64,000 bases of DNA from a virus. Taxonomy: Duplodnaviria > Caudoviricetes. A model generated the notes under the pieces. It was not told where the DNA came from. It saw only the letters and a program-made list of their open reading frames with translations, and searched no databases. How positions within the stretch are numbered: position 1 is the stretch's first letter; each line of letters starts with the position of its first letter. Positions 38,066 through 47,415 of the stretch are shown here, piece after piece. The stretch lies in IMG/VR virus record IMGVR_UViG_3300033121_001564, positions 34,476 to 98,475 of that record. One strand, written 5' to 3'. The position numbers and the translations under genes are program-made.

Positions 38066-39370
38066 ATGAATCCTGAAGTTCCGTCGCATCTGGCCGAACT
38101 GAACGACCCCGCGCACTACGCGAGGTTTCGTCAGGTCGCCATCTTCGACGAGCACACGGACACCTACTGGGTCGATAGCAAGGGCCGAAGTGTTCCACGG
38201 GGAACCAAGGGCGCCATCAAGCGGACGCGCAAGTTCTCCCGACAGGATCTCCAGAGGCTCGCCGCGACACAGAACCAGCGGACGGGGCGGGGCGACCTCT
38301 GCCCCCTGGTGATCGGGCACACGGACCCCGAGGAGCCGGACGAGCGCAAGCAACCGCCGATCGTCGGCTACGCGGCCAACTACCGCGTGGGCTTCGACCC
38401 GAGGCGCGGCAAGCACATGCTCTACGCGGACTACTACATCCGCAAGGACCGGGTCCGGGAGGCCAGGGAGTTCCCCCGGACCAGCGTCGAACTCTGGCCC
38501 GCCGGGGACGAGGGCGAGGAAGGCGAGGAGTTCATCGACCCGATCTCGCTCTTGCGCAGGACACCGAGGCTCGACCTCTCGCAATGGTGTTACCGCCGGA
38601 ACGTCAACGGAAGAACCGTACTGCGATACTCGATGGAGCAAAAGCCAGCCATGAACGATGATCTGCTGAACGACGACGCGGGCGGCGCTCCGGTCGAACC
38701 GAGCGATGACGAAAAGATCGAACAGTACGAGAGGCACTGCTACTCGCACCCGTACGCTGCCGACTACCACTCGGCCAAGGCGCGGAAGTATGCGATGGCA
38801 GCCGAGCCCGCACCGGAACCGCCCCCGGGCGACCCGACGGCGATGCCCGAGGCCGACCAGCCCGACCAGTTCGCCGCGTTCCCGAGTGCGACCAACGCCT
38901 TCCCCGCCGCTGGGGAGGATGAACCGAAGCAGCACAACCGCAACGGCAAGGCCGCTCAGTACCGCAAGGACCAGGACGCGATCCGCTACGCGCGCATGCA
39001 GGCGGAGATCGACCAGCTCAAGCACGCGCGGGCCGAGGCCGAGTCCCGGCAGATCGTGACCCAACTCACGGCTGAGGGTTACATGCTCGACGCGGGGGTC
39101 GAGGTTCCGGAGTTCGCCAAACTGGACGAGGCTGGCCGCTCTCGGCGCGCCGCGCACGTCCGCAAGTACTACCGATGTGCCCCGGTGCGACGCACGGGCC
39201 CGCTGCCGGTCGCTGACTCGTCCCCAGCGGGCGAGATCGACCTGGACGACCCCGAGAACAGCCTGAGCCCGGCCGACCAGGAGAAGGTGCTCCAGTACAG
39301 CAAGAAGCACAACGAGTGGGACTTCGCCAAGGCTGCACGCGCGGTCTTCCCCCAGCGGTTCAAGAAGTGA
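38066..39370 (+). CDS. Prohead protease/scaffold (Mu gpI-like)
   Basis: PLVIGH, VGY, LYAD, FPRTSVEL, ISLL..TP; acidic/coiled C-terminal half; upstream of capsid. Confidence 0.75.
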   Translation: MNPEVPSHLAELNDPAHYARFRQVAIFDEHTDTYWVDSKGRSVPRGTKGAIKRTRKFSRQDLQRLAATQNQRTGRGDLCPLVIGHTDPEEPDERKQPPIVGYAANYRVGFDPRRGKHMLYADYYIRKDRVREAREFPRTSVELWPAGDEGEEGEEFIDPISLLRRTPRLDLSQWCYRRNVNGRTVLRYSMEQKPAMNDDLLNDDAGGAPVEPSDDEKIEQYERHCYSHPYAADYHSAKARKYAMAAEPAPEPPPGDPTAMPEADQPDQFAAFPSATNAFPAAGEDEPKQHNRNGKAAQYRKDQDAIRYARMQAEIDQLKHARAEAESRQIVTQLTAEGYMLDAGVEVPEFAKLDEAGRSRRAAHVRKYYRCAPVRRTGPLPVADSSPAGEIDLDDPENSLSPADQEKVLQYSKKHNEWDFAKAARAVFPQRFKK

Positions 39371-39425
39371 GCAAGGCGTCGCGCGTCGCGACGGGTTCCC
39401 CTGACGAGGCCAAAGAGGACGGACG

Positions 39426-40133
39426 ATGCCTTCCCCACTGATCCACAGCTATGGCGGCTTCTCCTACGGGAAGAAGACGCAGACCGCGGGCACGGTGATC
39501 GTCCGCGGCATCTGGCCCTACTTCCAGGGCGGAGCGCCCGCCGCCGGCGTGAAGGGGATTGGCGTGGCGCACGTCACCACGCTCGTCTACCAGATCGGCA
39601 CGACGGGGCACACGATCACCTGGATGCGGCCGTTCAACTACACGACGTTCTCGGCCGACGCCGCCGCGTCCCAGGCCGTTGTGAACCTGACGGCTGACCC
39701 CGGCTCGTACTCGACTGCCTACAAGTACCCGCTGCCCAACGGGCAGACGGCGCCGCGCACGGCCAACAACGGCATCGCAGGCAGCGACTACGTCTGCTAC
39801 CAGGCGGCGGACGGAACCTGGGTCATCGACACGGTGTCCAGCGTCTCGAGCCTGGCCGTCACGCTGACCACGAATCTGCCGACGGGCGGTGTCAAGGCCG
39901 GCGGGCTGCTGTACTTCTACGGCATCACGACGGATACCAACCCGCAGACCGCCGAGGCGCACCAGCAGCTCGAGGTGCTTGCCGCGGGCAGCGGTACGGT
40001 CCAGACGACCTACACCGACCCGGCCGGGCTGTTCACGGCGATCAACCCCGGCGATCCGCTCATCCTGCACTCGAGCAACGGCACGACTGCGGGGACGTTC
40101 GAGGTCGTGAGCGGATTCTTCGCCAAGCACTGA
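39426..40133 (+). CDS. Putative virion structural protein (beta-rich)
   Basis: Thr/Gly/Ala-rich; in head operon. Confidence 0.65.
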   Translation: MPSPLIHSYGGFSYGKKTQTAGTVIVRGIWPYFQGGAPAAGVKGIGVAHVTTLVYQIGTTGHTITWMRPFNYTTFSADAAASQAVVNLTADPGSYSTAYKYPLPNGQTAPRTANNGIAGSDYVCYQAADGTWVIDTVSSVSSLAVTLTTNLPTGGVKAGGLLYFYGITTDTNPQTAEAHQQLEVLAAGSGTVQTTYTDPAGLFTAINPGDPLILHSSNGTTAGTFEVVSGFFAKH

Positions 40134-40206
40134 GGTCACTCGGCGGGACCGAGCGTCGCGATCCGTCGCCAGACTCGGGGCGTTCGAGGCAAGGGAGGTA
40201 GCGGTT

Positions 40207-40608
40207 ATGTCTCGCAGCTTCATGTGCGGCGGAAACGTCTCGCCCGCGCGGTTCGTCAAGCCCGACACCTCGGAGACGGGCGGCGTTGTGCTCCAGTGCG
40301 GCGCTGGCGAGCGTCCCATCGGCATCAGCCAGCCGGGGACGCGCAACCCGCCGATCTCCGGGCTCGACGACGGCTACGCCGGCATCGACAACGTCAACAC
40401 GATCATCGTGTACACGGAGACGGACGAGGCGTGGCTCCAGTCGGGCGGGTCGTTCAGTTTCGGCGCGCTCCTGAAGTCGGACTCGTCCGGCAGGGGCGTC
40501 AACGCTGGCTCCGACGCCGATATCTACGGGGCGGTGGCGCTACAGTCCGCGACCGCCGCCGACCAGTTGGTCAGGGTCCGGGTGCGCATCGCCGACCGGG
40601 CATCCTGA
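40207..40608 (+). CDS. Putative capsid decoration/cement protein
   Basis: PARFVK, PIGIS, LKSDSSGRG, AVALQSA pattern; directly before MCP. Confidence 0.7.
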   Translation: MSRSFMCGGNVSPARFVKPDTSETGGVVLQCGAGERPIGISQPGTRNPPISGLDDGYAGIDNVNTIIVYTETDEAWLQSGGSFSFGALLKSDSSGRGVNAGSDADIYGAVALQSATAADQLVRVRVRIADRAS

Positions 40609-40627
40609 CCCTGGTAGAACGCGACTG

Positions 40628-40757
40628 AAAAAGGTCGGCGCCCTTCGCGGGGCCGACCCGGAACAGGGCCGAAGGGGGAGTAGCTACCCCCGAGACAGCC
40701 ATCACCTGTCGCAGTGCTCCGTGATGGGGGGCCGCGCGAAAGGCGCACGACCTTTTT
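40628..40757 (+). ncRNA. Structured leader upstream of the major capsid gene
   Basis: Several stems; AAAAGGTCG/CGACCTTTT closing pair; GGGG-AGTAGCTA-CCCC hairpin. Confidence 0.4.
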
Positions 40758-40772
40758 CACGGGACGAGAACC

Positions 40773-41843
40773 ATGCCGCAGGCATTCAATTACCCCTCCA
40801 GTACGAACTACCACCCGCTCGCCACGCAGTATGTGATCTCGTACACGCGCGAGGTGGCGGACTTCCCGGTCAACCGCTACGTCCAGATCGTGCCGGCCCC
40901 AGGCCCGGTGTTCTACTATCACGAACTGGACCGCGACCAGGCGGTGCGACTGCGGAACATCAACGACCACGTCTGGGCGGACGGCGCGGACCGCCCCAAG
41001 GGCGGGGACAACCAGTTCGCCTTCCGCGAGCAGTCCGCGACGACGGTTCGCTACGACTGGTACGCGGAAATGGGCAACCAGGCCCTCGCCCAGCACCAGA
41101 AGCAGTGGCAGGCCAAGACTGTCTACCTGAAGGGTCTCGCCTCTCAGGCGATGACGGGCCGCACCTACAACGTCGTCACCCTGCTCGACACCGTGGGGAA
41201 CTGGCCGACGACGAACATCAGCGACGTCAACACGCTCAACGGCGGCGCTGGGCAGTGGCACACGGCCAGCGACGACCCGACCGACGCGAACTACAACGCC
41301 ATCAAGAAGGCGCTCATGGCGGCCGTCTCGAAGGTCTTCCTCCAGACGAATTCCAGGGTCAAGTTCCGCGACCTCCGGCTGCTCCTGCACCCGGACACCG
41401 CGACGGCGATGGCGAACACGGCCGAGATCCACAACTACCTCAAGTACGCGAACGCCCGGAAGGAGATCGAGGGCGACGAGGAGAACTACAACGAGCGATG
41501 GGGCCTGCCGAAGCGACTCTACGGCATCGAGATCGTGGTCGAGGACACGATGTACATCTCGACGCCTCCCAGTGCCGCCGCCACGTCCGCGAGCACGGAC
41601 CGCGCGTTCCTGAAGGACAAGACCAAGGCGCAGTTGATCTCGCGCCCGGGCGGCATCGACGCTGAGGTTGGTCCGAGCTTTTCGACCGTCCAGTTGTGGT
41701 GGTTCCAGAACAACATGACCACCTTTGAATATGCGGATCCCATCAACGAGAAGACTCGCTGGGACATCACGGATCAGCACGTTGCCGTCGCATCCGCTTT
41801 CGCGTCTGGGTACTGCATTTCCGGGGTTGTGCCTGCCATCTGA
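40773..41843 (+). CDS. Major capsid protein
   Basis: 356 aa; follows protease and decoration genes; LLLHPDTA and GLPKRLYGIEIVVED HK97-like segments. Confidence 0.8.
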   Translation: MPQAFNYPSSTNYHPLATQYVISYTREVADFPVNRYVQIVPAPGPVFYYHELDRDQAVRLRNINDHVWADGADRPKGGDNQFAFREQSATTVRYDWYAEMGNQALAQHQKQWQAKTVYLKGLASQAMTGRTYNVVTLLDTVGNWPTTNISDVNTLNGGAGQWHTASDDPTDANYNAIKKALMAAVSKVFLQTNSRVKFRDLRLLLHPDTATAMANTAEIHNYLKYANARKEIEGDEENYNERWGLPKRLYGIEIVVEDTMYISTPPSAAATSASTDRAFLKDKTKAQLISRPGGIDAEVGPSFSTVQLWWFQNNMTTFEYADPINEKTRWDITDQHVAVASAFASGYCISGVVPAI

Positions 41844-41861
41844 GATTGCTCTGGCAAGGTA

Positions 41862-41904
41862 AACACCGCGAGCCCGCAGAACAACTCTGCGGGCTCGCGG
41901 TGTT
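41862..41904. terminator. Perfect 19-bp hairpin between convergent genes
   Basis: AACACCGCGAGCCCGCAGA-ACAAC-TCTGCGGGCTCGCGGTGTT. Confidence 0.7.
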
Positions 41905-41918
41905 CCAGAGTCCTCTAC

Positions 41919-42701
41919 TCAAATCCCCTCACCGTCACCACGAACGATCCAGCGGTCCTGGCATCGGCACTTCTCGCCGTCGATACGCTTGGCGAAATTG
42001 CAGCAGTGGCAAAGCACCTGGATGCCCTTCGGGAGCACGCCGTATCTCACGATCTGCGAGTACATCTGGTTCGCCATAGCCTCGCCGTTCCTGCGTCTCT
42101 TGGCTCCGTCGTTATTGACGTGATCGAGACAGAGGAAGTCGAGAAAGTCCTGACCGCAGCAGGCACACCGCCCTCCGTAGGCTGCAAACGCACGACGTTT
42201 CAGATCCCGGTTCCTCTGCTTGATGCTTTGGCGGCACTCGTTACAGATGACGAGTCCGGGCGCTGAGGGGTTGCGCCGGCAGCGAGGGCACAACCCCTTA
42301 GCCTTGGCTTCGTCCTGTAGTCTCTTCTGTTGTTTGGCGATGTGTGCCAGCATGTTCTTTCGGTTGCAGTCGCTACAGAACTGGCGATGCTTCGTCAGAG
42401 GATTGGTCCCGCACTGGGGGCAAACGCGAGCGTCACGGATCACCTCGCGCCTTTCGGCGTTCAGGCGGACGCACCGTTCGCAAACCTTCTTCTGCTCCCG
42501 CCCCTCGCCCCTGGGCCTGCCGCAGGTGATGCAACGGTTTTCGGCCACACGCTTCGCCCTCTCCTCTTTCGCCTGCTTCCGTCCCTCGATCCGGCAGGAA
42601 ATACAGGTACGAAATCCCGGCTCCAGGTCCGGCGACTTGCAAAGGCGACAGACGGCGTCTTGCCTGAAGTGACGGGGTGGTCTAGACTTCTTTTCACCCA
42701 T
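41919..42701 (-). CDS. HNH endonuclease with tandem Cys-rich Zn-finger repeats
   Basis: Four CxxC..CxxC units, then YGGRCACCG...LDHVNNDG...LCHCCN. Confidence 0.85.
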   Translation of the reverse strand: MGEKKSRPPRHFRQDAVCRLCKSPDLEPGFRTCISCRIEGRKQAKEERAKRVAENRCITCGRPRGEGREQKKVCERCVRLNAERREVIRDARVCPQCGTNPLTKHRQFCSDCNRKNMLAHIAKQQKRLQDEAKAKGLCPRCRRNPSAPGLVICNECRQSIKQRNRDLKRRAFAAYGGRCACCGQDFLDFLCLDHVNNDGAKRRRNGEAMANQMYSQIVRYGVLPKGIQVLCHCCNFAKRIDGEKCRCQDRWIVRGDGEGI

Positions 42702-42709
42702 GACGTGAG

Positions 42710-42790
42710 TTCCTCCTTACGGAACCGTGCTGTGGTCAGGGTCCGGGGCGTGCTGAAGACACGCGCCGGACCCGCTCCATTCTACCCTCC
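42710..42790 (-). promoter_or_regulatory. Promoter and hairpin leader of the HNH gene
   Basis: On - strand: TAGAAT, GGGTCCGG..CCGGACCC hairpin, AAGGAGG RBS. Confidence 0.5.
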
Positions 42791-42909
42791 GATCTCGTCA
42801 GATTCCATGTCGGCAGTCATCAGTCATCGCCCACCACCAAACCCTCCGTTTTGCCCCACAACTCCACCTCCCCGATAATCGACGGACAAATTCGATGGAG
42901 GGGTCCGAG

Positions 42910-43089
42910 ATGGGATCTGTCATCAAGGGCGTCGTCGAAGGGACGGACGGCTCGCAATACTCCGAGGTCTCCACGACGTCGGAGGGGCAGGTGCGCGTCG
43001 AGGATGCCACCACCCGCGACCTGCTGACTGCGCTGCTCGAGGAGACGCGCAAAACGAACCTCCTCCTCCTCCAACTGATCCACTCCTGA
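42910..43089 (+). CDS. Small hypothetical protein
   Basis: GGAGG RBS. Confidence 0.6.
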   Translation: MGSVIKGVVEGTDGSQYSEVSTTSEGQVRVEDATTRDLLTALLEETRKTNLLLLQLIHS

Positions 43090-43097
43090 AAGGGACC

Positions 43098-43748
43098 GTG
43101 ATGCTTTCCACGATTGCAGGCTTCGTCCGGTCCCGAGCGGCCGGGCTGTACTCCGACGGCGAGCAGAAGATCCACATCAACCCGCGCGGGGACCAGTGCG
43201 TCGCGCAGTCCCTGCCCCAGCGGGCCGAACTGGTCCGACTGGGAGACAGCTGGGCCACGGCTCTCCTGAGCGCCAGCGCGTTTACCTACGTCAACGCCTG
43301 GCCGACGACCCGGAGCGAGTTCCAGCTCTACAACGGCGACCCCGAGAAGTGCTACATCATCGACGCCGCGTGGATGTGTGGCATCACCTCCATCGCCGCC
43401 GCGCAGCCGTCCACGCTCCTGGCGCAGGTCTGCCCGCCCGGCGAGCAGGCCGCACCGACCCCGCACGTCTCGATCCTGCGGAGCCTGTCGGGCAAGACGG
43501 CGTACTCCGGGCGCGCCATCCGCGGGGCAGCGGTGACGACGGCCCTGGCCAACGGCTGGATGGCGATTGGCTCCGTCCAGTCGCCCATGACGACCAACCT
43601 GGGGCACGCGGTCTACGTCGATCTCTACGGTACGTTCGTGATCCCGCCGGGCGGGAGCTTCAACCTCGCGGGGTTGTCGGGCACGGCCGCGGGAACGGCC
43701 ATCTGCGGGGTGGTGTGGCACGAGGTGGTGCTGCCGATCAATCGCTGA
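43098..43748 (+). CDS. Putative structural protein
   Basis: 216 aa, beta-rich, in head region. Confidence 0.65.
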   Translation: MMLSTIAGFVRSRAAGLYSDGEQKIHINPRGDQCVAQSLPQRAELVRLGDSWATALLSASAFTYVNAWPTTRSEFQLYNGDPEKCYIIDAAWMCGITSIAAAQPSTLLAQVCPPGEQAAPTPHVSILRSLSGKTAYSGRAIRGAAVTTALANGWMAIGSVQSPMTTNLGHAVYVDLYGTFVIPPGGSFNLAGLSGTAAGTAICGVVWHEVVLPINR

Positions 43749-43978
43749 GCATAAGGAGACAAGCCAGCCCGGCAACCGCGAGTCCTATCAGCCCTCCAGG
43801 TTGCAAGCCACATCCCTATCAGCGTGTCTCGTGGAACCCCGGCGTCGTTCATCTTTGCGATGGGCGACGCCTGTCCCGTCCTGGGCTCTGCCTCTTCCCC
43901 GTCGTTTTGCCCTCCCCCTCTCTGTCTGTCCATAATCGCATCGCAAGGTCCCCCTGCCCACCTCGACGGATGCGAGCC

Positions 43979-44221
43979 ATGTCCACGCCGACCCCCGCCA
44001 CTCCTGGCACCCTGTCTGCTCCCTGGCCTGGCGACTCCTTCCGGGATCGTCGGAACGAGGAGTACCGCGTGGTCTGCACGGGGCGGATGCCCAGTGGCAA
44101 GGGCGTGCAGGTGGTGTACCGGCGGGTGCGGGACGGGCTGATCCTCGTGTTGCCCCTGGTTACGTTTCGCGACGCCTACCGGCGGGTGCGAGCGGGACAG
44201 CGCAAGCGAAAGGTGGGCTGA
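43979..44221 (+). CDS. DUF1653-like protein
   Basis: PGDSFRDRRNEEYRV...VVYRRV.DG..LVLPL..F. Confidence 0.55.
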   Translation: MSTPTPATPGTLSAPWPGDSFRDRRNEEYRVVCTGRMPSGKGVQVVYRRVRDGLILVLPLVTFRDAYRRVRAGQRKRKVG

Positions 44222-44224
44222 CCG

Positions 44225-44752
44225 ATGGCTTCCACGCCCTCCAGTTCGACCGACGGCTACACGACCGTGGCGGAGTTCCTGAAGCGGTACGACAAGCGGA
44301 CCGTCGCCCAGCTTGCCAGCGACACGGGTGTGAAACTCCAGCCGGGACAGGTCGCCACGAACGAGCGGGTGCTGACCGCGCTCAAGGGCGCTTCGGGCAT
44401 GCTGGAGGCGAGTTGCACCTCGGGCGGGACGTACACGCCCGAGGACCTGGCGGCGCTGACCGGGGCGAGCGCGGCGTTCCGCGATGACATCATCTCCGAC
44501 CTGGCGATGGGCCGGCTGTTCCTGGCACGGCCAGACCGCGAGGGGCAACCGCCGAAGGCGTACGAGCTGGCGATGGAGATCCTGGACCAGTTGCGGGCGG
44601 GCACGAAGGTACTGGGGCTCGTGCAGCAGCGGCAGGCACAGACACTGACGCACACAGTCGAGACGCCCCAGGTGGTCGAGAATCGCGCGGGGATCGTCTA
44701 CACGGCCCGGCCTTTTTTCGGGACGCGAAGAGATCGGATGTATCGCACCTAA
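44225..44752 (+). CDS. Head-tail adaptor (Mu gp36/DUF1320-like)
   Basis: YTTVAEFLKRYD...ALKGASGMLE...DLAMGRL...YELAMEILDQLRAG. Confidence 0.75.
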   Translation: MASTPSSSTDGYTTVAEFLKRYDKRTVAQLASDTGVKLQPGQVATNERVLTALKGASGMLEASCTSGGTYTPEDLAALTGASAAFRDDIISDLAMGRLFLARPDREGQPPKAYELAMEILDQLRAGTKVLGLVQQRQAQTLTHTVETPQVVENRAGIVYTARPFFGTRRDRMYRT

Positions 44753-44773
44753 TCGGAGTGGGGAGGCGTCGCC

Positions 44774-45241
44774 ATGAACTACCTCGGCCCGCGCGAGATC
44801 CTCGATCCCGTCACCGACCTGCCCACGGGCAAGTACCGCTACACCCGGCGCAACAACGGACGGGTCTGGGCGATCGGCCACTGTTCCCCGACGGTTGCCT
44901 GTCCTGCCTGCAACGGTCGGGCGCTGTGGAACACCGAGGAGCCCTGGTGTCCCCGGTGCGAGCACAAGGGCTTTATCGAGGTTGCCTGCCCCTGTCCGGG
45001 TCACGACACGCCCGAAGGAGCCTGTGCGCATTACAAGGAGTATCTCCTGGACCACGCGAAGTTCCAGGGACCGAAGCAGGAGCGCTGGCCCAAGCACAAG
45101 TGCGCCGTCGCGGGGTGCGAATCCGAGGCGACACACCTGGCGACGGTGGACAGCTACCGGATGTACGAACTGTGTGCCGCGCACGCCAACCGCGAGGCGC
45201 TGGTGGGGCTGGTCCATGTGGGCGAGTCCATCGAGTCCTGA
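44774..45241 (+). CDS. Cys/His-rich hypothetical protein
   Basis: CPACNG, CPRC, C...GC; GGAGG RBS. Confidence 0.7.
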   Translation: MNYLGPREILDPVTDLPTGKYRYTRRNNGRVWAIGHCSPTVACPACNGRALWNTEEPWCPRCEHKGFIEVACPCPGHDTPEGACAHYKEYLLDHAKFQGPKQERWPKHKCAVAGCESEATHLATVDSYRMYELCAAHANREALVGLVHVGESIES

Positions 45242-45340
45242 GAAAGGATGAAGGATGAAGGATGAACAAGAGAAGACCCGGACTTCGCCTTCTGCCTTTC
45301 GCCTTTCCTTCATCCTTCATCCTTCATCCTTCATCCTTCT
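45241..45340. repeat. Heptamer hairpin element A
   Basis: (AAGGATG)3-spacer-(CTTCATC)4; intergenic. Confidence 0.9.
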
Positions 45341-45362
45341 GACTTACGAACGGAGTGAGTTC

Positions 45363-45860
45363 ATGCGTCATCGTTTCCCCGCCCGCCTCGCGCTGGGTTT
45401 CCTGCTGCTCGTCGCCATGTTCGCCGTCTCGGGCCTCTGGGCCGCCGTGGCGCCTCCGGACTGCGGCTGCGGCCCCCACTGCCGATGTGAGGGTTCCTGC
45501 TGCTGCGGCCCGAAGGAAGGCTACTACGCCGTCTCCGGCAACATGCCCAACGGCGACCCGTACGAACTGCTCGGCTCCGTTCGCAAATTGAACCGCGTCT
45601 ACCAGGTGTCGTGGTTCTCGGGCGATGCGATCCACGGCGTTGGCGTGTTCGAGTCCGGCCGGTTGTCCGTCGGCTACGCGGTCCCGCTGGCTCCGGGCAA
45701 GGTGCAGCTGGGCTCAGCAGTCTTCACCCCGACAACGAAGGGTCTGCGGGGCACCTGGGCCGTGCTGCCGGGCTCCGGGACCACGGGATCCGAACGGTGG
45801 GAGTGGCTGCGCGGGGTGCCGAAGCTGGAGCGAAGGCACGAGACGCGACTGAACGAGTGA
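45363..45860 (+). CDS. Secreted protein with short Cys cluster and beta domain
   Basis: Signal peptide; CGCGPHCRCEGSCCC; GYYAVSGNMPNGDPY. Confidence 0.7.
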   Translation: MRHRFPARLALGFLLLVAMFAVSGLWAAVAPPDCGCGPHCRCEGSCCCGPKEGYYAVSGNMPNGDPYELLGSVRKLNRVYQVSWFSGDAIHGVGVFESGRLSVGYAVPLAPGKVQLGSAVFTPTTKGLRGTWAVLPGSGTTGSERWEWLRGVPKLERRHETRLNE

Positions 45861-45892
45861 ATGCCGGAGTGGTGTGGGGTAGAATTGGGGCG

Positions 45893-46126
45893 ATGAGGTG
45901 TCGCCCGGACCAAAGAGATCCGAGAGTAATGTACAAGGAATTCCTGAACGCGATCAAGCGGCGGGTGGATACCTGCAAGACGAAGATCAACGCGGCCGAG
46001 ACCGATCGGGTCATCAGTCAGACGTTCATCGAGTTGTACGAGACGCTGAAGAACAGCCCGCTGAAGTTCCTGGCGCTGTTGCTGAAGGGACTGGAGCTGG
46101 CCGCGAAGAAGTGCGACAAGAAGTAA
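45893..46126 (+). CDS. Small helical protein
   Basis: TAGAAT 7 nt before ATG; alternative start 45929. Confidence 0.55.
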   Translation: MRCRPDQRDPRVMYKEFLNAIKRRVDTCKTKINAAETDRVISQTFIELYETLKNSPLKFLALLLKGLELAAKKCDKK

Positions 46127-46190
46127 GAGCAACCCTGTGGCAAGGGTTTACGGGGGCTCCCGCGATGGATGCGGAAGCCCCCGTGGCGTT

Positions 46191-46661
46191 TCACCTGATC
46201 GCGAACCGCAGGAGTGGTGTCCCGGAGCCGATGTTCCCGTTCCAGCCGAAGTGGACGCAGAAGGACAGTCCGGTGGCTCGCTCGAACCAGAACCGCGCCG
46301 GGTAGGCCGGCGACTGCTTGCCCAGATGGTAGGACTCCCAGAGGGTGCGGGTTGCCTGGGGCTGGCTCCATGCGTAGTACATGCGAAGCCCTTTGCTGAG
46401 GTTCGCGGCCTGGAGGTCCCAGTGCGGCATCGCCAGGGTCGGGAACAGGGTGACGTACCGGACGCTTTGCGGGAACCTACTTCCGGTCTTCACGTTGCAA
46501 CGCACATTTCCGACGAGCGCCGGCAGCATACGCACTCCGGACGCGGCCTGGTCGTCTCCCCCTTCCTCCAGCCAGTCGGCGAAGGCGAGGATGTCCGCGT
46601 CTTCTGCTTCCGTCGCGTTGTCAAAGGCGTCCGCCCAGTCAGCGGGTGTCATGGTTGTCAT
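46191..46661 (-). CDS. TIGR02996-like domain protein
   Basis: DADILAFADWLEEGGD. Confidence 0.7.
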   Translation of the reverse strand: MTTMTPADWADAFDNATEAEDADILAFADWLEEGGDDQAASGVRMLPALVGNVRCNVKTGSRFPQSVRYVTLFPTLAMPHWDLQAANLSKGLRMYYAWSQPQATRTLWESYHLGKQSPAYPARFWFERATGLSFCVHFGWNGNIGSGTPLLRFAIR

Positions 46662-46876
46662 GGCGCATCCTCCCCCACGAGGTGCTCCATCGTGACCCCC
46701 AGCGCCCTCGCCAGGCGCACGATGGTGCTGACCTGGGGATCGGCGCCGGGGCTGAGTTCCAATCGGGCGATGGTCGTCTGCGGCACGCCCGCGGAGTCCG
46801 CGAGGGCCCGCTGGGTCAGGCCGGCGGACTCGCGGAGGGTGCGGAGGCGGACGGAAAATGTGGTTGGTTGTGTCAT
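46658..46876 (-). CDS. XRE-family HTH transcriptional regulator
   Basis: RLRTLRESAGLTQRALADSAGVPQTTIARLE...TIVRLARALGV. Confidence 0.92.
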   Translation of the reverse strand: MTQPTTFSVRLRTLRESAGLTQRALADSAGVPQTTIARLELSPGADPQVSTIVRLARALGVTMEHLVGEDAP

Positions 46877-47415
46877 GCTTCTTCTCCTCGTTGATCTTCC
46901 CGTCTCAGAACCCATCGGAGCCGACCGACCGCGCCGACGCTGATGCCGAGTTCTTCCGCGATTCGTTGTCGTGGAAGGTCGGAGATCAGGAGCGACCTGG
47001 CAGGCTCCAGTCTCCACCAGCCCGGCTCGCGAACCCGGGCACCGAACATCGACCGGCCGACCTGTCCGACGCGGGTAGGGGTGATGCTGTGTCGTCGGGC
47101 GAACTCGGTGTAGGGGACGGACGCCAGCTCGTCGGCGTGCTCCTCCCACCACGACGCCCGGTCGTCGTAGATGTTGTGCCCGAGCAGTTTGCGGATGCGT
47201 CTGATCGCCGTGCCGCCAAGCGGCAGGTCGATGGCGCCACGCCTGTATCGCACCGATTCCAGGTAGTCCACCAGATCCCTCGTCAGGATGGTGGTCGTGC
47301 CTTGCCGGCGTCTCTCGCTCGCCGGGCGCCCCAGGTGGAGCACCCAGCCGTGGACCGTGTCCCTGGACTCGGACACGGTCCACTCGTCGCCCCATGCGTC
47401 CACAACGGGACTCAT
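46873..47415 (-). CDS. Hypothetical protein with C-terminal HTH
   Basis: LPRQRIAEELGISVGAVGRLR; coupled. Confidence 0.65.
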   Translation of the reverse strand: MSPVVDAWGDEWTVSESRDTVHGWVLHLGRPASERRRQGTTTILTRDLVDYLESVRYRRGAIDLPLGGTAIRRIRKLLGHNIYDDRASWWEEHADELASVPYTEFARRHSITPTRVGQVGRSMFGARVREPGWWRLEPARSLLISDLPRQRIAEELGISVGAVGRLRWVLRREDQRGEEA

